From Opitutia bacterium (GTDB lineage: Bacteria > Verrucomicrobiota > Verrucomicrobiia > Opitutales > Opitutaceae), in assembly GCA_947478395.1 (NCBI GenBank), contig CANJVR010000003.1, positions 288,001-352,000 of the forward strand: a stretch of DNA of 64,000 nt, written 5' to 3'. Made by a program: the position numbers and the translations under genes. The notes under the pieces are model-generated. The model did no database searches. It saw nothing but the letters and a program-made list of their open reading frames with translations, and had not been told where the DNA came from. Of this stretch, positions 1 to 9,158 are shown in pieces (the first letter of the stretch is position 1; every line of letters starts with the position of its first letter).

Positions 1-1207
1 GATAGTAACTCCACTTGCGAATGAAGCGGTCGTCGAAACCGAGGGCGCGAACTTGCTCGACGCGCGCGCTGAAGTTGTCGTGCCAGATCCGCAGCGTGCG
101 ACTGTAGTCCTGCCCGAAATCGTCGACGCGATGCAAAACCAGCCCGCCGGCGCGCGCGAGTTGCTCGTTGACGCGATTGAGCGAGAGCAGGAGCGAGCCG
201 GGAAAAATATGCTTTTGGATGAAATCGATGCCGCGACGAAACTGATCATAGCGATTGTCGGGGCACGTGATGAATTGAAGCGCGAGCAGGCCCTCGGGTT
301 TCAAACACCGATTGAGCACCGCGGTGAACTCTGGGAGATAGCGGTGCCCGATGGCTTCCATCATTTCAATGGAGACGATCTTGTCGAATTGGCCGGTGAG
401 GTCGCGATAATCTCGGAATTCCACGCTGACCCGATCGGAAAGGCCGGCGGCGGCGATTCGCTTCTGGGCAAACTCGAGTTGCTCCCGGGAAATAGTGACC
501 GTCGTGACCCGACAACCGTAGGTGCGAGCGGCGTGGATCGACCAGCCGCCCCAGCCGGTGCCGATTTCAAGGACATGATCGGTCGGTTTGAGCCGGAGCT
601 GGCGGCAAAGCGCATCGTTTTTCTCCTGCTGCGCCTCCTCGAGCGTAAAGTGGGGCTGCGTCCATTTCGCCGCGGAATACATCATCGACGGATCGAGAAA
701 GAGCGCGAAGAAGTCGTTCGAGAGATCGTAATGCTCGCTGATGTTACGCTGCGCGGTCGCGCGGGAGTTTGGGCGCAGCAGATGGCCGATCCGGTTGATC
801 CAGCGGAGGGAATTTAATGCGAACGTCTTGGCCTGGCGTGAGCCGGAGAGAGTGGGCGCGGTATCCGAGTTGAGAATGAAAAACGCGATGACCGCGGTCA
901 GATCGGGCGTCTCCCAATCGCCGTCGATGTAGGATTCCGCAAATCCGATATCACCGGAGAGCGCGCATTTGGTGAAGAATTTTTCGCGTCGCACATGGAT
1001 ATAAGCGGCGGCCGGGATGGTCAGCGGCAGCGAGCGGCCAAGAGCGTCCGCGTGCGAACCGATGTCGCGCACCGCACCGCCTGGCAGCTCAACGCGAAGG
1101 TGGCCGCGGGTCATTTCTGCAAAAGCGCTAAAGACGGATTCCCTAAAAATGGAGCGTTTCGCATCGACGGGCAGCGCGGCGGAAGTGGTGGCGGATTCGC
1201 GGATCAT
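1..1207 (-). CDS. cfa: Cyclopropane-fatty-acyl-phospholipid synthase family SAM methyltransferase (partial, runs off the left edge)
   Basis: Not in the ORF track. Manual translation from ATG at 1207 gives MIRESATTSAALP...GHLRVELPGG...GDIGFAESYIDGDWETPDL, a typical Cfa N-terminus. It overlaps the DUF1365 stop codon (ATGA). Confidence 0.9.
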   Translation of the reverse strand, partial: MIRESATTSAALPVDAKRSIFRESVFSAFAEMTRGHLRVELPGGAVRDIGSHADALGRSLPLTIPAAAYIHVRREKFFTKCALSGDIGFAESYIDGDWETPDLTAVIAFFILNSDTAPTLSGSRQAKTFALNSLRWINRIGHLLRPNSRATAQRNISEHYDLSNDFFALFLDPSMMYSAAKWTQPHFTLEEAQQEKNDALCRQLRLKPTDHVLEIGTGWGGWSIHAARTYGCRVTTVTISREQLEFAQKRIAAAGLSDRVSVEFRDYRDLTGQFDKIVSIEMMEAIGHRYLPEFTAVLNRCLKPEGLLALQFITCPDNRYDQFRRGIDFIQKHIFPGSLLLSLNRVNEQLARAGGLVLHRVDDFGQDYSRTLRIWHDNFSARVEQVRALGFDDRFIRKWSYY

Positions 1208-2172
1208 ACTGCTTCGGTGGAGTTGGAAATTTCGGCGGCGACGCGTTGAACGGGAGGAGTAATGGAAGAGTGGGGCCGATATAGATCGCGCTGATCGGAA
1301 GCCCGGGCGGACTTGGCGAACCAAGGCAGACGTCGTAGCCAGAGCAGCGACGCGTGCCAGTGGATTAGTGCGATGATGCGGAGGGTGATAAGCGGGTATT
1401 TGAGCGTGAACCAAGCTAAACGCATGCCGTTCAGCTCGCGCCGTGGGCCAGCCAAGGTGCTCGTCAACGTGCGTTGAGCGCCCACGTAGTCGTCGATCTG
1501 AATCGCGAGACGGTCGGCCGGAGCGCGCAGCGTGAAATCGAAGGCGACATCGACGTCGGAGAAGGGCGAGACGTAAAAATGCTTGGGCGTGCGCAGGTGG
1601 AAGCACGCGGCCGCGGAAGCTGACGAAGGAAGCGTATAATTCGACCGATCCGTCTTCGGCCGGTCGAACTCCGGCGCAGGGCTTTTGGTTTCCGGCCCCA
1701 GAAAATACGGTTTCATTTCCTTGAACGTGTTAGTGACCTCCGCGAGGGAGGCGACGCAGACGCCCGACCGGTCGTAGCAGAAATAGAATGAGACCGGATT
1801 GAAGAGATAGCCAAAAACCCGGGGCAGCGTGACAAGAACTACACGGCCGCCATTGAGATCGACGCCGTGGTTCGCGAGCAAGGTCACAACCCGCTCCTTC
1901 AGCGAACTCGTTTTAGCGCCAAATCGGTTACCTGCTGGATTTTCGGGTGAAGGTTGGTGCAGCGGTTCAACCGTCGGGAGAAAATCGCTTTCGCAGAACG
2001 AGAACACATTGGCGCGGTTGAGCGAAAAAAGCGGCAGACGACGATGCAGGGCGGGAAGCTCGTCGAGATCGAAAGCGAAAAGAAAGATGCGATACACAAA
2101 CCGGTGCACCTTGGGCACGAAACGGTGGTGCAGAACCGAGCACTCGTAGAAGCAGGAATTCAGAGGAGACAC
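1204..2172 (-). CDS. DUF1365 family protein
   Basis: Motifs H-x-R-F-x-P..H-x-F-x-Y, PRVFGYLFNPVSFYFC, EVTNTF, K-x-FYVSPF and IHWHA. Sits between the COG2907 flavoprotein and cfa. Confidence 0.92.
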   Translation of the reverse strand: MSPLNSCFYECSVLHHRFVPKVHRFVYRIFLFAFDLDELPALHRRLPLFSLNRANVFSFCESDFLPTVEPLHQPSPENPAGNRFGAKTSSLKERVVTLLANHGVDLNGGRVVLVTLPRVFGYLFNPVSFYFCYDRSGVCVASLAEVTNTFKEMKPYFLGPETKSPAPEFDRPKTDRSNYTLPSSASAAACFHLRTPKHFYVSPFSDVDVAFDFTLRAPADRLAIQIDDYVGAQRTLTSTLAGPRRELNGMRLAWFTLKYPLITLRIIALIHWHASLLWLRRLPWFAKSARASDQRDLYRPHSSITPPVQRVAAEISNSTEAV

Positions 2173-2209
2173 AATGACGTCGGCACGATGGCAACGTCTG
2201 GTGCAGCGA

Positions 2210-3550
2210 TCAAGCGCAGGGAACAGATTCCCGGTTGCTTTCTGGCCAGGGATCGCGGGCCAGGATTTGGGCCGAGAGGCGATGGGCGCTCAGCAGACCG
2301 TCTTCATGGAAGCCGTAGCGTTGCCAGGCGCCGGCGAAGTACGTTTCGGTCGTGCCCGCAGCCGCCGCGTTGAGCCCGGGGATCTCCGCTTGCGCTTGGT
2401 TCGCACCGAGGCTGAAGAGCGGGTGTTCGTAGGGGATGCGCCGAAGCACTTTTTCGGGCGCGATGCTTTCAGGCCGGTTAATGGTGACGAAATAATTTTC
2501 GCGGTCGGAGACACCTTGAAGTTTATTCATCCAATAATGCGTGGCGGTGGAAACCTGATCGCCCGCTTCACGCGCGATCTCATAGTTCCATGCCGACCAA
2601 GCGAGACGGGTGCGCGGCATCACGGAGGCATCGGTATGCAGCGTCGCGATGTTGGGCTGATAGTGAAATTCAGAGAGCAGCCGGTGCTCATTGGCCGTGG
2701 GGTTTTGCAGGAGGCGGAGCGCCTGGTCGCCGTGACAAGCAAGGATCACTTTGTCGAAAGTCTGGGCGGTGCCCGCGGTGGTAGTGATTGTAACGCCGCG
2801 CGGGGTACGAACGACGGCCGCGGCACCCTGATTCAGGCGAATCCGTTCACGGAACGGCGCGGTGAGTGGCGCGAGATACTGTTTCGAGCCGCCATCGACG
2901 GTCCACCATTGGTGCTGCGTGCTGAGGCCCAGAAAACCGTGGTTGTAAAAAAAGCGCAGGAGCGCAGCGGCCGGAAAGGTCAGCATCTTCTCGGGCGGAG
3001 TGCTCCACACCGCCGAACTCATGGGCACGAGGTAGAGATCAAAAAAGTCGGAGCCGTATTGGCGCCGTTTCACGTAATCGCCGAGAGTTTCGTGGGCGAT
3101 CGTCGAGGCGGGATCGTTCGACGAGCTCAGGGCCAGTCCGGCGATGGCTTCCTGATTAAAGCGATTGATCGCGGCAAGCATCCGGTAAAAACGCGGGCGA
3201 AACAGATTCCGGCGCTGCGCAAAGAGGTGATTAAGCGACGAGCCACAGAATTCGAGGCCGGTGTCGGCGTGGCGCACGCTGAACGACATGTCGGTTTTCT
3301 TCGTCCTGACGCCGAGTTCACGAAACAACCGCGTGAGCAAGGGGTAGGTGGCGTGGTTAAACACCATAAAGCCGGTGTCGATCGGCACGTCGCGACCGGT
3401 GCCGGGTTCGAGAGCGGTGACGGTATTCGTGTGCCCACCCACGTAGCCGGCTGATTCAAAAATCGTGAGATCGAAATCGCGTTGCAGAAAATGCGCGCAA
3501 CCGAGGCCGGCGATCCCGGAGCCAACAATGGCAAGGCGAGGTGAAGGCAT
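2210..3550 (-). CDS. FAD-dependent oxidoreductase (COG2907-type, amine oxidase fold)
   Basis: GSGIAG dinucleotide motif, GGHTNT, IDTGFMVFN..YP and GFHEDG. Confidence 0.92.
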   Translation of the reverse strand: MPSPRLAIVGSGIAGLGCAHFLQRDFDLTIFESAGYVGGHTNTVTALEPGTGRDVPIDTGFMVFNHATYPLLTRLFRELGVRTKKTDMSFSVRHADTGLEFCGSSLNHLFAQRRNLFRPRFYRMLAAINRFNQEAIAGLALSSSNDPASTIAHETLGDYVKRRQYGSDFFDLYLVPMSSAVWSTPPEKMLTFPAAALLRFFYNHGFLGLSTQHQWWTVDGGSKQYLAPLTAPFRERIRLNQGAAAVVRTPRGVTITTTAGTAQTFDKVILACHGDQALRLLQNPTANEHRLLSEFHYQPNIATLHTDASVMPRTRLAWSAWNYEIAREAGDQVSTATHYWMNKLQGVSDRENYFVTINRPESIAPEKVLRRIPYEHPLFSLGANQAQAEIPGLNAAAAGTTETYFAGAWQRYGFHEDGLLSAHRLSAQILARDPWPESNRESVPCA

Positions 3551-3612
3551 GGCGGAAAAGGCGAGGCGGTGACGACCGGCGCTCGCGGAGGCGAGTGCGA
3601 TGGCCGCAAGCG

Positions 3613-4815
3613 TTACGTCTGATCCGTCGAGCTGGATGCGCCGATCACCGGCGGAGTGGTTTTCGCGGTGAGATTGTGCGCGAGTTCGCTGAGGTCTTTG
3701 TGCATCGCTGGACCGTCGGCTTTCTTCGGCAGATTGGCGGAAGAAGCCGTGGCGGTCGCTACGGCCATGGCGGTCGCTACCGGAATCGCGCGACGCAGCG
3801 CGGAATATTCGTGCTGGGGCTGCGCGGCGTGGCGCGCGGCCACGGCGGCCACCGTCATGTGGTGATCGGCGCGAACACCCTCTTCAAGGACGGATACCGG
3901 GACGGGCTTGAGTCCCCAAATGAGACCGGTCCACGAGAGTAATTTCAGGCCGTAGTAAGTCGGGTCGATTTCCCACCAGTAAAAACCGTTGCGGGTCGCG
4001 CTTTGGTAGCGGTGGTGGTTGTTGTGCCAACCTTCGCCGAGGCAGATGATAGAAAGGATGAAACTGTTGCGAGAGTCGTCCTCGGTTTTAAAACGACGTT
4101 TTCCCATCAGGTGCGCCATCGAGTTAATGCAAGCGGTCCCATGAAAAAGGAATGTGGTGCTGATGAAAAAGCCCCAAACGAGGAGCTGGCCGCCGGTAAC
4201 GCCGAGGGCGGGGGCGTGAACGGAGAGAAGAGCTCCGGCAAAGTAGAGAGCAGTGGCAAACACCAGGGGAACGAGAAGGTCGAAACGATTAAGCCAGACG
4301 AGCTCGGGATATTTCACGAGATCCTTGATCTTTGAATAATCAGTCGGGAAATTGCGCCGGCTGGTGATCCAGCCGATGTGCGACCAAAGAAATCCATGCA
4401 CATGTGGCGAGTGGGCATCTTCGGGGTCATCGGAGTGCTGGTGATGATGCCGATGATGATAAGCCCACCAGAGAGATCCGCGTTGCGTGGCGGTGGCAGC
4501 CCACAGGGCGAGAAAGAATTGGCCGACCCTGCTGGTGCTGTAAGTTTTATGGGAGAAGTACCGGTGGTGGATGCCGGTGACAGCGAACATGCGGATGAAA
4601 TAAAGCGCGATCGCGGTGCCGACCGCAAAGGGACTCCAACCGGTCCAGATCACGGCAAAACATGCGAGGTGTAGAACGATGAATGGCATGACACGGACCA
4701 AGTCCACGCGATCAGGCTCGGCGCGCATTTTTTCCGCTCCATCCGGGCAGTGGTCGGAATCAATCCATTGGATAAGTGCCACGGTCGCGCGGCGAAAAAA
4801 ATGAGGGATTTGCAT
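3613..4815 (-). CDS. Acyl-CoA (delta-9 type) fatty acid desaturase with an Ala-rich C-terminal extension
   Basis: His boxes HHRYFSH, HHRHHH and GEGWHNNHH plus hydrophobic segments. Start taken at MQIPH; the ORF track extends to 4848. Confidence 0.92.
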   Translation of the reverse strand: MQIPHFFRRATVALIQWIDSDHCPDGAEKMRAEPDRVDLVRVMPFIVLHLACFAVIWTGWSPFAVGTAIALYFIRMFAVTGIHHRYFSHKTYSTSRVGQFFLALWAATATQRGSLWWAYHHRHHHQHSDDPEDAHSPHVHGFLWSHIGWITSRRNFPTDYSKIKDLVKYPELVWLNRFDLLVPLVFATALYFAGALLSVHAPALGVTGGQLLVWGFFISTTFLFHGTACINSMAHLMGKRRFKTEDDSRNSFILSIICLGEGWHNNHHRYQSATRNGFYWWEIDPTYYGLKLLSWTGLIWGLKPVPVSVLEEGVRADHHMTVAAVAARHAAQPQHEYSALRRAIPVATAMAVATATASSANLPKKADGPAMHKDLSELAHNLTAKTTPPVIGASSSTDQT

Positions 4816-5147
4816 CAGATACGGGGAACGAATGAAAAGCGGCCGCAAGGCTGCCGCAAGCTGCGTTTGTAGAAATCAAAGTAAATTTTCCGCGTCGAAT
4901 TTCGGGGTGCGCGATGGTGAATATATGATCGAAAATAAAACGCGCCTCACCTGCAAAACGATCGCAGCCACCCGGAGCGCAATTATCGCAACTGGAGACT
5001 TACAGCAGAGCGATGCCGGTCGTGTCTTGATGCGCGGTCTCATGGTTTGAACAGGATTCCGACGGCCCACTTCCCGGGATATTAGCCGCGACCCTTCTCA
5101 GGATGATGCGTGCAACTTTTGTCCGCGGTTCTCCGTATTCCCGCTAG

Positions 5148-5228
5148 CTATAAATCCGGGCGCTCTCTACGTTCTTCCGTTCGTCTGACTACAACTACCA
5201 CCACTGTGCTTGCTGCCGTAATCGTCAT
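5148..5228 (-). other. Candidate leader peptide uORF MTITAASTVVVVVVRRTEERRERPDL (26 aa)
   Basis: ATG preceded by purine-rich AAAAGAGAA, with six consecutive Val codons (GTG GTG GTA GTT GTA GTC). Upstream of and co-directional with the desaturase operon. Confidence 0.3.
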
Positions 5229-5394
5229 TTCTCTTTTAACCGTCCTCGTCGCGACAGACCCGGGTGCGCCCGGACGAGGGCATTCGCCTGACTAAACTTC
5301 GGTTCTCATTCTCTGGCCGGGTAAATTCCAGGGTGTAAATGAACCCTTTTTGAAGGAAGGCCTTTGCCGTCCGCAGTCTCGGCCTGAAAATTAG

Positions 5395-5427
5395 CAATGG
5401 CGCACCCGCAAAGCAGGCGCGCCATTG
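5395..5427 (-). terminator. Intrinsic terminator-like hairpin downstream of the TonB-C gene
   Basis: Minus strand CAATGGCGCGCCTGC-TTT-GCGGGTGCGCCATTG is fully paired when G.U is allowed. It is followed by CTAATTTT. Confidence 0.6.
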
Positions 5428-5473
5428 GTTGGTTACTTTTTAGTTAGCAGCTAGTCGCTGACCGACACCGTCC

Positions 5474-5833
5474 TCAACCGATGCGAATCGGCAGCACGAC
5501 TTTCGTCGCGACCGGTACGCCGTTGCTGAGGGCCGGCTTGAACTGCCATTGTTTCAGCGCATCCACGACGGCGACCACAAGGGCGCTATCCGTGAATGAT
5601 GGAGCAACGAAGGCAGACGCTTTGCCCGATGTTTCGACAACGAACTCGAACGCCACCGTTTGTCCGCCGAAGCCGGCCGGAATGTGGGGAGCTACCACCA
5701 CGACCGGCACGGGAACCCCGGCATCTTTACGGCAGGTTTCGAGGTAGGTGTCTTCTGTGCTCTTCGCCCGGAGGGCGGGAGACAGCAGCGCGACCAGACT
5801 GAACAGTACGACGAGTTTATTTAGGATTTTCAT
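5474..5833 (-). CDS. Small secreted TonB C-terminal domain protein
   Basis: Signal peptide MKILNKLVVLFSLVALLSPALRA, then FVVETSG...ALKQWQFKPALSNGVPV..KVVLPI (TonB_C pattern). Confidence 0.8.
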   Translation of the reverse strand: MKILNKLVVLFSLVALLSPALRAKSTEDTYLETCRKDAGVPVPVVVVAPHIPAGFGGQTVAFEFVVETSGKASAFVAPSFTDSALVVAVVDALKQWQFKPALSNGVPVATKVVLPIRIG

Positions 5834-6466
5834 GACTTCTTTCCTTTTTAAACTCCGCACGCAGGGCGGAGAGTTTGGTTTCTATTTACTGGTTAAGCAC
5901 CTTCGACCACACGGGCGCGATTGCACCCACGCGGTCGCAGGTGTTTCTGGCTCCCCGACTGAAAATTCAGTCGAAGGGCCAAAATTCCGTTTTGGGGCGG
6001 GACCAGTCTAAACCCGGAATCAGACGTGAACTCGCTCACATCTGAGACCCGAAATAAACGCCACTGCCGGGCACGCACGTCCGGTCAGGGGAAATCAAAG
6101 AACAGTTTGTGGGGTCCTTTGAAAGCAAGTGACGAAGTATGCGTCAGAACCCGCTTAGCAAGTCCTGGACCGTAGCCGTCGCAGGAACGTAACCTTCGTC
6201 GCGAAATTCAGCCGCCCCTGTTCCGGGTGCCGGAGACGATCTTTTCCCTCTCATACAAAAACGGTTAGACCGAGGTTCTAAGAAGAATTCCAAGGTCGCG
6301 CGCTCAATCATGGAAACGCTGGGTTGCACCCTGATTTTTAGACCAATGGCGATCACGGCGCCGGACCACCATGGTTGGCGGACGATAAAACCGCGAACGC
6401 CGAGCATCGTTAAAAAATCTTTTCACTGAGATTGCCGCACCCCGCTGCGCCTGCCTTTTTTCCCAA

Positions 6467-7390
6467 ATGAACCGCCGTAAATTCATCCTGAATTCATCCT
6501 TTATGGTGTCCGCGGGTCTCGTGTCCCGCGGTCGCGCGCAAACTCCTCCCGCTGCATCCGCCGCTCCGAACGTGACCGAGTTTCGCGCCCTCCGTCGCGA
6601 TGTCGGCCTCTTCACCGGACGCGGCGGCACCATCGGCTGGCTGGCGAACAAGGACGGCTTGCTCGTCGTCGACACCCAGTTTCCCGACACCGCGGCGATC
6701 TGCCTCGCGGGCCTGCCGGGACGCGGCGCGCGCGACCTCGATCTCGTCATCAACACGCATCACCACGCCGATCACACCAGTGGTAATCCCGTATTCAAGA
6801 CGGCGGCAAAATCCATCGTCGCGCAGGCCAACGTGCCGAAGCTGCAATTCGCCGCCGCTGAAAAGAACAACACCCTTACGCAGCAAGTTTACGCCGACAC
6901 GACTTTCCCCTCGGTGTGGCGCCGGGACTTGGGCAGCGAAACCATTACGGCTCGTTACCACGGTAACGCACACACGAGCGGGGACATCACGGTTCTCTTC
7001 GAAAAAGCAAATGTGGTCCACCTAGGCGACCTCGCGTTCAACCGGCTTTATCCGGTGGTCGACCGGCCAGCCGGCGCGAGTTTTCGCCACTGGATCGTCG
7101 TGCTGGAGGAAATCGTGAAAACATACCCGGCCGACGCGATTTATGTCTGCGGGCACGGCAATCCAAAGTTCGGCGTCACGGCAAAACGGGACGAACTGCT
7201 GATCTTTCGCGATTACATTTCGGCGATGCTCGCGTACACCGAAAAGGCCATCGCGGCCGGCAAATCCAGGGCGGACATCGCGGCGTTAGACAACCTGCCC
7301 GGCTTTCCTGACTTCCATTTGCCACTGCCAAACCGTCTCGGCGGAAATCTCTCCGCCGCTTTCGACGAACTTACCGAAAAGAAGGGTTGA
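6467..7390 (+). CDS. MBL-fold metallo-hydrolase with a Tat signal peptide
   Basis: MNRRKF twin-arginine signal; THHHADHTSGN, AHTSGD, GDL and GHG motifs. Confidence 0.88.
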   Translation: MNRRKFILNSSFMVSAGLVSRGRAQTPPAASAAPNVTEFRALRRDVGLFTGRGGTIGWLANKDGLLVVDTQFPDTAAICLAGLPGRGARDLDLVINTHHHADHTSGNPVFKTAAKSIVAQANVPKLQFAAAEKNNTLTQQVYADTTFPSVWRRDLGSETITARYHGNAHTSGDITVLFEKANVVHLGDLAFNRLYPVVDRPAGASFRHWIVVLEEIVKTYPADAIYVCGHGNPKFGVTAKRDELLIFRDYISAMLAYTEKAIAAGKSRADIAALDNLPGFPDFHLPLPNRLGGNLSAAFDELTEKKG

Positions 7391-7486
7391 TCACCTTCCC
7401 CTGAACCAGCGCCCCGCGCAACCAGCCGACGAAATTCCAAGCGCAACGTTGACCCCGTCTGATCAGTCGGGCATTGCTCGCCGGCT

Positions 7487-9031
7487 ATGTCTGACGCCAC
7501 CTCTTCCGCCACGCCAAATCCGGCGCCCGTTTCGATGGATAACCTCGTCGCACTCGCGAAGCGCCGCGGATTTATTTTTCAGTCCTCCGAAATTTACGGC
7601 GGCTTCAACGGCTTCTTCGACTTCGGCCCCCTCGGCGTCGAACTCAAGAAGAACATCCGCGACTGCTGGTGGAACGACATGGTTCGCCGCCGCGACGACG
7701 TCGTCGGCATCGAAACGTCGATCATCATGCACCCGAAAGTCTGGGAAGCCTCCGGCCACGTCGCCGGCTTCACCGACCCGCTCGTGGACTGCAAAGTCTC
7801 GAAACAACGCTATCGCGCCGACCAACTTTTCTTTGCCGCCATCGTAGTGGACGGGAAAACCGTAGGCTACGTCAGCGCGCTCGAATCTGAAGCCACCGCC
7901 GCCGAACTTCAATCCGCCGCCGAAAACTTCAAGCGCAAGAAAGCCATCCAAGGCACGCTCGCTCCCGTCGTCGCGAAAGACATGACCGAAGCCCGCGAAG
8001 ACGAGATCGCGTTGATCCCGTCGCCGGCCACCGGCGAACCCGGCAGCCTCACCGCGCCGCGCTCGTTCAACATGATGTTTCAAACGAACGTCGGCGCCAT
8101 GACGGACGGCTCGTCTGTCGCGTACCTTCGGCCTGAGACGGCCCAAGGCATGTTCGTCGATTTCAAGAACGTCGTGGACACCGGCCGGGTGAAATTGCCT
8201 TTCGGCATTGCGCAAATCGGCAAATCGTTCCGCAACGAAATCACACCGCGGAATTTCATCTTCCGCTCCCGTGAATTCGAACAGATGGAAATGGAATATT
8301 TCATCCACGAGGATGCCGACTGGGCCCAATGCCACGAGGAATGGATCGCGTGGTGCGAGGCCTGGCTCAAGAGCATCGGCCTGCCCGCCAGCCATCTCTC
8401 GCGGTACACGCATCCGAAGGAAAAACTCGCGTTCTACTCGCGCGGCACGGTGGACATCATGTTCAACTATCCGTTCGGCGTGCAGGAACTTTGGGGCATC
8501 GCCGCCCGCGGCAGCTACGATCTCACGCAACACGCCAACGCTTCAGGCAAGCCGCAGGAAATCTTCGACGAGGTCTCGAAAAAGAAATTTGTCCCGCACG
8601 TAATCGAGCCCGCCGTGGGCGTTGATCGCATCTTCCTCGCCGTGCTCTGCGCCGGTTACGCGGAAGAAGACGTCAAAGACGAAAAAGGAAACGTTGAGAA
8701 ACGCACCGTGCTCCGCCTCAGCCCGCGCATCGCGCCGGTGAAAGTTGCCGTGCTCCCGCTGCTCAAAAACAAGGAGCAGCTCGTGGCCCGCGCGCAGGCG
8801 CTCTACAAAAAACTCCAGCGCCGCTACGCGGTGTTCTACGACGAGACCGCCGCCATCGGCCGCCGCTACCGCCGCCAGGACGAAATCGGCACGCCGTGGT
8901 GCGTGACCATCGACTTCGACACGATCGAAAAACCCGGCGACACGTTCACGCTCCGCGAGCGCGATTCGATGCAGCAACGCCGCGTCACCGAAGCCGAGCT
9001 CTTTGCTTTGTTGGAAGAGCAGGTTTACTAA
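7487..9031 (+). CDS. glyQS: Glycine--tRNA ligase (alpha2 type)
   Basis: [45 protein letters not shown] and the anticodon-domain motif [14 protein letters not shown]. Confidence 0.97.
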   Translation: MSDATSSATPNPAPVSMDNLVALAKRRGFIFQSSEIYGGFNGFFDFGPLGVELKKNIRDCWWNDMVRRRDDVVGIETSIIMHPKVWEASGHVAGFTDPLVDCKVSKQRYRADQLFFAAIVVDGKTVGYVSALESEATAAELQSAAENFKRKKAIQGTLAPVVAKDMTEAREDEIALIPSPATGEPGSLTAPRSFNMMFQTNVGAMTDGSSVAYLRPETAQGMFVDFKNVVDTGRVKLPFGIAQIGKSFRNEITPRNFIFRSREFEQMEMEYFIHEDADWAQCHEEWIAWCEAWLKSIGLPASHLSRYTHPKEKLAFYSRGTVDIMFNYPFGVQELWGIAARGSYDLTQHANASGKPQEIFDEVSKKKFVPHVIEPAVGVDRIFLAVLCAGYAEEDVKDEKGNVEKRTVLRLSPRIAPVKVAVLPLLKNKEQLVARAQALYKKLQRRYAVFYDETAAIGRRYRRQDEIGTPWCVTIDFDTIEKPGDTFTLRERDSMQQRRVTEAELFALLEEQVY

Positions 9032-9068
9032 CAGACCTCCCGGTTCCGTCCTTTCCTTCCTGTCGGCA

Positions 9069-9119
9069 GGGTGCCCTCACCGTCGCCGACCGTCGGCACA
9101 GAACGGGGTGAGGGCACCC
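9069..9119. repeat. REP-like inverted repeat
   Basis: GGGTGCCCTCACC (9069-9081) and its exact reverse complement GGTGAGGGCACCC (9107-9119), between glyQS and the SNF2 gene. Confidence 0.7.
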
Positions 9120-9158
9120 CGACCCCAGCACAGACGAAGGCGATCGCTCAAAAAATTC

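Noticed and set aside
53..817. 254-aa plus-strand ORF
   Set aside because: Antisense shadow of the minus-strand cfa gene; no motifs.
2174..3454. 426-aa plus-strand ORF, and similar long antisense ORFs at 7463-8533, 11295-12491, 27071-28327 and 31814-32827
   Set aside because: Each lies opposite a well-supported gene. Long stop-free antisense frames are expected in high-GC DNA.
5110..5295. 61-aa plus-strand ORF with Thr6 and an ilvL-like tail (VIVISLL..PGAPGRG)
   Set aside because: There is no co-directional downstream gene to regulate, because the next gene is convergent. The minus-strand Val6 reading fits the context better, but this ORF is not fully excluded as a small membrane peptide.
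9003..9158. N-terminal extension of the SNF2 ORF
   Set aside because: It overlaps the glyQS end and a REP-like repeat; the ATG at 9159 is more plausible.
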